Shown piece after piece: positions 6,461 to 12,164 of a stretch of DNA of 12,164 bases. The stretch's first letter is position 1. Every line of letters starts with the position of its first letter. The DNA is from Synechococcus sp. (GTDB lineage: Bacteria > Cyanobacteriota > Cyanobacteriia > Thermostichales > PCC-7336): NCBI GenBank assembly GCA_051439605.1, contig JBFRWN010000130.1, positions 1 to 12,164 on the forward strand, given 5' to 3'. A program made the translations under genes and the position numbers. The notes under the pieces are model-generated. The model made no database searches and was not told where the DNA came from. It was given only the letters and a program-made list of their open reading frames with translations.

Positions 6461-7546
6461 CTACTGGCTGTTGCTACGATCTAGGCACGCTTGCCACCAG
6501 TCACGATTTTCTAAGTACCATCGAACCGTTTCCTCCAGACCTTGCTCAAGGTTAACGGTCGGTTCCCATCCCAAGTCCGCCTTAATTTTGCTGGCATCGA
6601 TGGCATAGCGACGATCGTGGCCGGGACGATCGGTGACGAAAGCAATCAACTGGCGGGCAGGACTCACCGGCAATTCAGGAGCCAGTCGATCCATTAGGTC
6701 GCAGAGGGTTTTGACTAAGTCGAGGTTTTTGACTTCGTTATTGCCGCCAATATTGTAAGTCTCCCCCGGTTGCGCCCCGTGAATAACCGCGTCAAGGGCG
6801 AGGCAGTGGTCCCGCACGAACAGCCAATCCCGCACGTTTTGTCCGTCGCCGTACACTGGCAGGGGCTTACCCAACAGAATGTTCAGACACATCAACGGAA
6901 TCAGCTTTTCCGGAAAATGATAAGGACCGTAGTTATTGGAGCAGTTGGTGATCAGGGTGGGCATTCCATACGTGTGGAAGTAGGAACGCACCAAATGATC
7001 GCTACCGGCCTTCGAAGCAGAGTAAGGGCTGTTGGGGGCGTAGGGGGTGGTTTCGCTAAAGGCAGGATCGGTGGGTCCTAAGCTGCCATACACTTCGTCC
7101 GTGGACACGTGCAGGAAGCGATCGCCCTCAGGCTGGCCGCGCTTCGTCCAATAGTGGCGGTAGGCCTCCAGCAGGGTAAAGGTACCCACCACATTCGTCT
7201 GAATAAAATCATCGGGACCTACAATAGACCGATCAACGTGGGATTCTGCCGCAAAGTGGGCCACGGTATCGATCTTGCCATCCGTCAGCAGCCAATCCAC
7301 CAGCGAGCGATCGCAGATATCTCCCTCCACAAAATCCAGCTTCAGCCCTTGAATGTTCTCTAAGTTACCTGCATAGGTGAGGGCATCTAGCACCACTACA
7401 CGATCGTTGGGATAGCGATCGCACCAATGCCTGACGAAATTCGTACCGATAAACCCAGCGCCACCAGTAATTAAAATATTGCGCGGCGTTCTTTCGCTGT
7501 CTTGACCCACCGTAGCATTCATCTGTTCAGTTGCAAGATTTTGCAT
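6461..7546 (-). CDS. rfbB: dTDP-glucose 4,6-dehydratase
   Basis: [54 protein letters not shown] 7546 has GGAG 8 nt upstream; alternative ATGs at 7579, 7564 and 7522. Confidence 0.96.
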   Translation of the reverse strand: MQNLATEQMNATVGQDSERTPRNILITGGAGFIGTNFVRHWCDRYPNDRVVVLDALTYAGNLENIQGLKLDFVEGDICDRSLVDWLLTDGKIDTVAHFAAESHVDRSIVGPDDFIQTNVVGTFTLLEAYRHYWTKRGQPEGDRFLHVSTDEVYGSLGPTDPAFSETTPYAPNSPYSASKAGSDHLVRSYFHTYGMPTLITNCSNNYGPYHFPEKLIPLMCLNILLGKPLPVYGDGQNVRDWLFVRDHCLALDAVIHGAQPGETYNIGGNNEVKNLDLVKTLCDLMDRLAPELPVSPARQLIAFVTDRPGHDRRYAIDASKIKADLGWEPTVNLEQGLEETVRWYLENRDWWQACLDRSNSQ

Positions 7547-7584
7547 TGCCCTATCTCCAGTCATCTCCTCCACACCCATCAGTC

Positions 7585-8658
7585 CTACACCAGCTCCACT
7601 TGTGAATCTTTCCCCAGAGAAAACCGTAGCGCCTTGGGACGCTGGGGGGCCAGTTTGAGGTGCGATCGCTCGCCGATGAGGCTGTCCACGATCCGCTGGT
7701 CGATCCCCTCCACCTTTGCCCCCTGCAGGATGACGCTGTGTTCGATATCGGCATCGATCAGGGTAACTTCATCCCCAATGCTGCTGTAAGGGCCGATAAA
7801 ACAATTCTCTAGATGACAGCGGGTGCCAATAATAGCCGGACCGCGGACGGTACAGTTTCTCAGCACAGAATCGGCACCAATTTGAACCCGTCCAGTCACT
7901 TGACTGTCCCCCTCAACAAGGCCAGCAATATCTTCCTTCAGCTGGGTATCGAGAATAATCCGATTCGCCTCCAGCAGGTCGTCTTTCTTGCCGGTATCCA
8001 ACCACCACCCCTGCAGCTGGCAAGACTCCACCGCACGCTCGTCCGCAATCAGTTGCTGAATGGCGTCGGTAATTTCAAGTTCTCCTCGCGATGAGGGCTG
8101 AATTTTGGCGATCGCATCGTGAACGATCGGGGCAAAAAAGTACAGCCCCACTAACGCCAGATTGGAGGGGGGGTGCTTGGGTTTTTCCACCAAGCGACGC
8201 ACCCGACCCCTCTCATCCACATCGGCCACACCGAATGCGGTGGGGTTGGACACCGGCTTGAGCAAAATCAGACTGTCGAGGGACTGCTCGCGGAACTGCT
8301 GTAGGAAGCCCCCTAGATTATCCTGAATCAGGTTGTCCCCAAGGTACATCACAAAGGGAGAGTCCTGCAGAAAAGGCTGCGCCACTTTGACGGCATGGGC
8401 CAAGCCATCAGGACTCTCTTGGCGAATGTAGGTGATTTTGGCCCCAAACCGGTCGCCACTGCCCGTCTTCTCTCGAATCTCGTCCCCTGTTTCTGGGTTG
8501 ACAATAATGCCAATGTCCGTCACTCCAGCCGCCACTAACCCGTCGATGCCGTACCACAGAATCGGTTTGTTTGCGACGGGCACCAATTGCTTGGCTCCTG
8601 TGTGAGTTAGGGGGCGCAGGCGGGTTCCTTTTCCACCCGACAAAATCAGTGCTTTCAT
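7585..8658 (-). CDS. rfbA: Glucose-1-phosphate thymidylyltransferase, long form with C-terminal left-handed beta-helix
   Basis: 357 aa from ATG 8658: [55 protein letters not shown], then hexapeptide-like repeats. Lies within an rml operon. Confidence 0.94.
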   Translation of the reverse strand: MKALILSGGKGTRLRPLTHTGAKQLVPVANKPILWYGIDGLVAAGVTDIGIIVNPETGDEIREKTGSGDRFGAKITYIRQESPDGLAHAVKVAQPFLQDSPFVMYLGDNLIQDNLGGFLQQFREQSLDSLILLKPVSNPTAFGVADVDERGRVRRLVEKPKHPPSNLALVGLYFFAPIVHDAIAKIQPSSRGELEITDAIQQLIADERAVESCQLQGWWLDTGKKDDLLEANRIILDTQLKEDIAGLVEGDSQVTGRVQIGADSVLRNCTVRGPAIIGTRCHLENCFIGPYSSIGDEVTLIDADIEHSVILQGAKVEGIDQRIVDSLIGERSHLKLAPQRPKALRFSLGKDSQVELV

Positions 8659-8678
8659 GGACAGGTTTCTCAGATGTT

Positions 8679-9593
8679 TTAATCGGAAGAGATGGGCTCG
8701 GATTGGGGCACCAATAGCTCCGCCAGCATCAAGTGCAAGCTGTGCCGCCAGTGGGGAGGGGCTTGGTTCAGCAGTTGGGAAATTTTGCTTGTATCCAAAA
8801 CAGAGTAATGGGGACGCTGGGCAGGGGTGGGATAGTTCGCCGTGGAGATCGGAATCACTCGCTCTACCGCTAAATCGGTAAGGTGGCGAGCTTCTTCGAA
8901 AATCGCTACTGCAAAGTCGTACCAACTAGCTACGCCACTGTTGGTGTAGTGGTAGGTGCCGTAATAGCTTTCCCCTAAAGATGCATCAGGCTGCAGCTTA
9001 GCAATACAGTTGGCGATTGCCTGGGCTAAATCCCTCGACCAGGTGGGGCTCCCCACTTGATCTGCCACCACTCGCAGTTCTGGCCGAATCCGACCCAGAC
9101 GCAACATGGTTTTGACAAAATTTCCCGGTCCCTTGGCTCCGTAAACCCAAGCAGTGCGGATGATGCAATGGCGATCGCAGCAGGATCGCACGGCCTCCTC
9201 CCCAGCTAGCTTTGAGCGCCCATATTCCCCCAACGGATGGGTGTCAGCCGTTTCCAGATAGGGTGTGCTAGCATCCCCTGAAAACACGTAGTCGGTGGAG
9301 ATATGGACTAGAGTGGCCCCTTGTTGCACAACAGCCTTCGCGATCTCGCAGGGGGCTTCCGCATTCACAATGTAGGCTAGCTCGCTTTCGCTTTCCGCCC
9401 GATCGACGGCGGTGTAGGCAGCCGCATTCACGATGATGTCCGGAGCCTGTTGAGCGATCGCTGGCTGAATACCCTCCAGTTGAGCTAGATCCAGCTGCTG
9501 TCGCCCCCAAGCCACTACATCTCCCAAGGGTTGCAACGTCTGCTGCAGCTCTTGCCCCACTTGGCCGTTCGCCCCCAGCAGCAAAATCTTCAC
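8679..9593 (-). CDS. rfbD: dTDP-4-dehydrorhamnose reductase
   Basis: GANGQVG, NAAAYTAVD, HISTDYVF, YGRSKLAGE, RTAWVY, DQVGSPT. The GTG start overlaps the rfbC stop (GTGA). Confidence 0.96.
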   Translation of the reverse strand: MKILLLGANGQVGQELQQTLQPLGDVVAWGRQQLDLAQLEGIQPAIAQQAPDIIVNAAAYTAVDRAESESELAYIVNAEAPCEIAKAVVQQGATLVHISTDYVFSGDASTPYLETADTHPLGEYGRSKLAGEEAVRSCCDRHCIIRTAWVYGAKGPGNFVKTMLRLGRIRPELRVVADQVGSPTWSRDLAQAIANCIAKLQPDASLGESYYGTYHYTNSGVASWYDFAVAIFEEARHLTDLAVERVIPISTANYPTPAQRPHYSVLDTSKISQLLNQAPPHWRHSLHLMLAELLVPQSEPISSD

Positions 9594-10144
9594 GACTCAA
9601 ACACCTCTGCATCTTCAAACGAGCTGGCAGCAGCATCTTTTGCCGACAGCACCGGCTCTAAATCGGCAGGCAGGGGCCAGGAGATCGCCAGTTGAGGATC
9701 GTTCCACCGAATGGCTCGTTCGTGGACAGGGGCATAATAATCTGTGGCCTTGTACAATACTTCGGCAGCATCGGACAGCACCAAAAAGCCGTGGGCAAAC
9801 CCGGAAGGAACCCACATTTGGCGCTTGTTCTCGGCAGTTAGAATCTCTCCCACCCACTGACCAAACGTAGGGGAACTCCGGCGAATATCCACCGCCACAT
9901 CAAAGATTTCCCCCGCCACTACCCGCACCAGCTTCCCTTGAGACTGCTGAATTTGGTAATGCAGCCCTCTAAGAATCCATTGGGAGGATCGGGAATGGTT
10001 GTCCTGAACAAACTGGACAGTAGAATCCACTGTGTCTGCAAAGCGTTGTTGATGAAAGCTTTCAAAAAAAAATCCCCGGCGATCGCCAAAGACAGTGGGC
10101 TCGATTATTTTGACATCCGGAATAGAGGTGGAGACAACGTTCAT
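9590..10144 (-). CDS. rfbC: dTDP-4-dehydrorhamnose 3,5-epimerase
   Basis: FGDRRGFFFE, QDNHSRS, LRGLHYQ, QGKLVR, DVAVDIR, GFAHGF, LSAKD. ATG 10144, with an in-frame TTG at 10147. Confidence 0.96.
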   Translation of the reverse strand: MNVVSTSIPDVKIIEPTVFGDRRGFFFESFHQQRFADTVDSTVQFVQDNHSRSSQWILRGLHYQIQQSQGKLVRVVAGEIFDVAVDIRRSSPTFGQWVGEILTAENKRQMWVPSGFAHGFLVLSDAAEVLYKATDYYAPVHERAIRWNDPQLAISWPLPADLEPVLSAKDAAASSFEDAEVFES

Positions 10145-10272
10145 CAAGCTAGTAGGTCAAATTACTTAGACTGGCCGAGATAGATTGGATAGCCGTATCG
10201 ATATTACAGTGCTGAGGTTCCCATTTCGAGCCAGCGATGCTGTTTACTTCCTCGCGAATTCCCAAACTGCAG

Positions 10273-11370
10273 CTAGAGAAACTGCTGTAAAACTGCTGCC
10301 GTCGCCTGCCCAGTTTTTGTCCAGCTAAATTGAGCAGCCCGCGCGATTCCCGCCTGCCGCAACTGCGATCGCGTCGCTGAGTTATCAACTAGCTCCCCCA
10401 TCGCCGTCGCTAGTTCCGACACGTTCAGGGGGTTAACCAAAATCGCTGCGTCCCCCGCCACCTCCGGTAGCGAAGATCGGTCACTGGCGATCGCTGGTGT
10501 ACCGCAGGCCATCGCCTCCAGTACCGGCAACCCAAACCCCTCCCACAAGCTAGGAAACACAAATCCTAGCGCTTGGTTAAACAGCCGCAGCAGATCGTCA
10601 TCGGGAACGTAGGACAAAAACTTGATAGCCTCAGTCACCCCCAGTTCGCGGGCTAACTGCTGCAGCTGGGGGGTGAAACGAGTGTCCTGCGGCCCCGCCA
10701 GCCAAAACTCCACTTCATGGCGATCGCGCACTTGGGCAAAGGCCCGCAGAGCCCGCTGGAGGTTTTTATGGGGATCGTGACGACCTACGTACAGAAAGTA
10801 ATTCTGAGGAGGTAGGTCCAGCGGTCGAAAGCGAGCTAGATCCACAGCCAGCGGGATGGCAGTCACCTGGTTAGCAGGTACCCCAAACCACTCCACTACA
10901 TCCCTTGCCGTAGCCTCAGAGTTAGTAATAACGTGCTGAGCCTGAGCCACCACCCGTGGAATGTAATAGCGAAAGTAAGGGAACAGGGGCGATCGGCGGT
11001 TGGGAAAGCGGAGAGGGATCAGATCGTGCACCATAACCACTGAGCGGCAACAAGAAAAAAGCGGAGTCTCCGGCACAGGGGAAAACAAGAGGTTTGCCCC
11101 CAATTCCCGATAAATTTTGGGCAATTGAAACTGCGTCCATAACAGTCGCCGCAGGTGACCGAGCTTGCCTTGAGCAGGGGTGAGATTATTGGGTACCCAA
11201 TAGATATCGCTGGCCGCTAGCGCTGAATTGGCCTGAAACGATCGGGCGCTCAGCAACGTCGGCTCTAGGGTCTGTAGGTGCGGCACAACGTTAGTGGCGT
11301 AGTTGCTGATGCCAGTGGGTTTATCGAGCAAAAAAGACAGGTTCACCAACAGGGGATGGGATGGGCTCAA
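10273..11370 (-). CDS. Family 4 (GT-B, MtfB/WbpY-like) glycosyltransferase
   Basis: 365 aa. [43 protein letters not shown] (EX7E), [10 protein letters not shown]. The TTG start overlaps the upstream stop (TTGA). Confidence 0.93.
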   Translation of the reverse strand: MSPSHPLLVNLSFLLDKPTGISNYATNVVPHLQTLEPTLLSARSFQANSALAASDIYWVPNNLTPAQGKLGHLRRLLWTQFQLPKIYRELGANLLFSPVPETPLFSCCRSVVMVHDLIPLRFPNRRSPLFPYFRYYIPRVVAQAQHVITNSEATARDVVEWFGVPANQVTAIPLAVDLARFRPLDLPPQNYFLYVGRHDPHKNLQRALRAFAQVRDRHEVEFWLAGPQDTRFTPQLQQLARELGVTEAIKFLSYVPDDDLLRLFNQALGFVFPSLWEGFGLPVLEAMACGTPAIASDRSSLPEVAGDAAILVNPLNVSELATAMGELVDNSATRSQLRQAGIARAAQFSWTKTGQATAAVLQQFL

Positions 11371-12164
11371 ACGCTCCTGCTCAAATAGCGCGCAACGCCA
11401 TACAGCTTACCAAAAGCGGTGGCGGGCCTGAGGGGAAGTAAGGCGATCGCCACCCCTAGTAAGCGCAGAAAGCGCCAGAGTCTAGCGCTGGCAGAAGCGT
11501 ACCGTCCCAGTACGAGTAAATAGCTAAAGGTGCTGTGGTTGAGCTTGTTAAACAGATTTCGGTTGGTCACGGATGAAGGGGTATGAACCACCGAAAAGCG
11601 ATGTGTGATTGCAACGGTATACCCTTGCAATCGATACCGTTGGCAGAAATCGAAATCCTCGTAATAGAGGAAAAAGGCGGGATCGAATTGGGGACATTGC
11701 TCAAAGCAGTCAAAATGAATCAGCATGCTACAACCCGACACCCAATCGCAGGGCTGAAAGGGCCGTTCATCACAGATATCTAGATCTTGAGAGGAGATCG
11801 TGCCACTGACACCATCAAACAAGCCACCCCCAAACCATTGCTCCCCTCCATCGGTATAGATGATGGTTCCCAAGATTGCTAAGGACTCCTGCTGCCGCAC
11901 GAACACCTGCAACTCCGAAAGGGAGAGAGTTTCGGGTAGACGGGCATCCGGATTGATCAGCCACACCAACGCCTGGGGATCCCGCGCAAAAATCCACTCC
12001 AACCCTACATTGCAGGCCCGCCCAAACCCCACATTCTCGGGTGACTCCAAAATGGTCGCGTTGGCTTTCTGTAACGCTGCCAATTGGCGATCGCCAGCAG
12101 AGTTATTGACAATAACTAGGTGATAGGGGCAATCAGCAGCTGCAGTAACAGACTCCATCAAAGT
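11367..12164 (-). CDS. Family 2 glycosyltransferase (WbbL/rhamnosyltransferase-like), 5'-truncated by the window edge
   Basis: VIVNNS, NVGFGRACNVG, LINPDA, WVSGCSML, FDPAFFLYYEDFDFCQR. The frame stays open to 12164 and the first beta-strand of the GT-A fold is absent. Confidence 0.9.
   Translation of the reverse strand, partial: TLMESVTAAADCPYHLVIVNNSAGDRQLAALQKANATILESPENVGFGRACNVGLEWIFARDPQALVWLINPDARLPETLSLSELQVFVRQQESLAILGTIIYTDGGEQWFGGGLFDGVSGTISSQDLDICDERPFQPCDWVSGCSMLIHFDCFEQCPQFDPAFFLYYEDFDFCQRYRLQGYTVAITHRFSVVHTPSSVTNRNLFNKLNHSTFSYLLVLGRYASASARLWRFLRLLGVAIALLPLRPATAFGKLYGVARYLSRSV

Larger units (their letters stand above)
907..12094. repeat. Dispersed HIP1 palindromes (GCGATCGC), 23 copies
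   Basis: Hand-counted starts: 907, 1094, 1361, 1607, 2216, 2316, 3050, 3358, 3872, 5742, 7118, 7307, 7415, 7662, 8108, 9171, 9454, 10079, 10365, 10487, 10720, 11443, 12087. Under one copy is expected by chance in 12 kb. Confidence 0.95.

Noticed and set aside
8659..8925. 89-aa N-terminal extension of rfbA in the ORF track (446 aa)
   Set aside because: It overlaps rfbD by about 250 nt. Family similarity starts at MKALILSGG (ATG 8658), 20 nt after the rfbD stop.
6461..10144. rfbC-D-A-B order and long-form RfbA as a novelty
   Set aside because: It differs from enteric rmlBDAC, but rml order is variable and the long-form enzyme is a known class. All catalytic motifs look intact.
10195..10207. 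GTATCGATATTAC as an NtcA site
   Set aside because: The spacer is 7 nt, not the required 8.
4587..12164. Functional link between the kinase cluster and the rhamnose/glycosyltransferase operon
   Set aside because: The clusters are convergent with separate promoters, and adjacency is the only evidence.

Overview
Cyanobacterial chromosomal DNA, judged from 23 hand-counted copies of the HIP1 octamer GCGATCGC (about 1.9/kb). It has two convergent halves. The left half (+ strand) carries an alpha/beta hydrolase and then a four-gene signalling-like cluster: an FHA protein with a Pro-rich linker and a C-terminal Cys/His knuckle; an FHA domain fused to a two-Rossmann flavoprotein resembling class B monooxygenases; a 120-aa Trp-rich membrane protein; and a transmembrane Hanks-type Ser/Thr kinase with an acidic, Cys-paired extracellular domain. 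The right half (- strand) is an ordinary surface-polysaccharide operon: GT2 (cut by the window edge), GT4 and rfbC-rfbD-rfbA-rfbB (dTDP-L-rhamnose). The best candidate for an undescribed system is the kinase/FHA/FHA-flavoenzyme/membrane-protein cluster (1213-6338), which looks like a phosphothreonine-controlled, membrane-associated redox enzyme module. That function is inferred from motifs and gene order only. No RNA genes, mobile elements or CRISPR arrays were seen.
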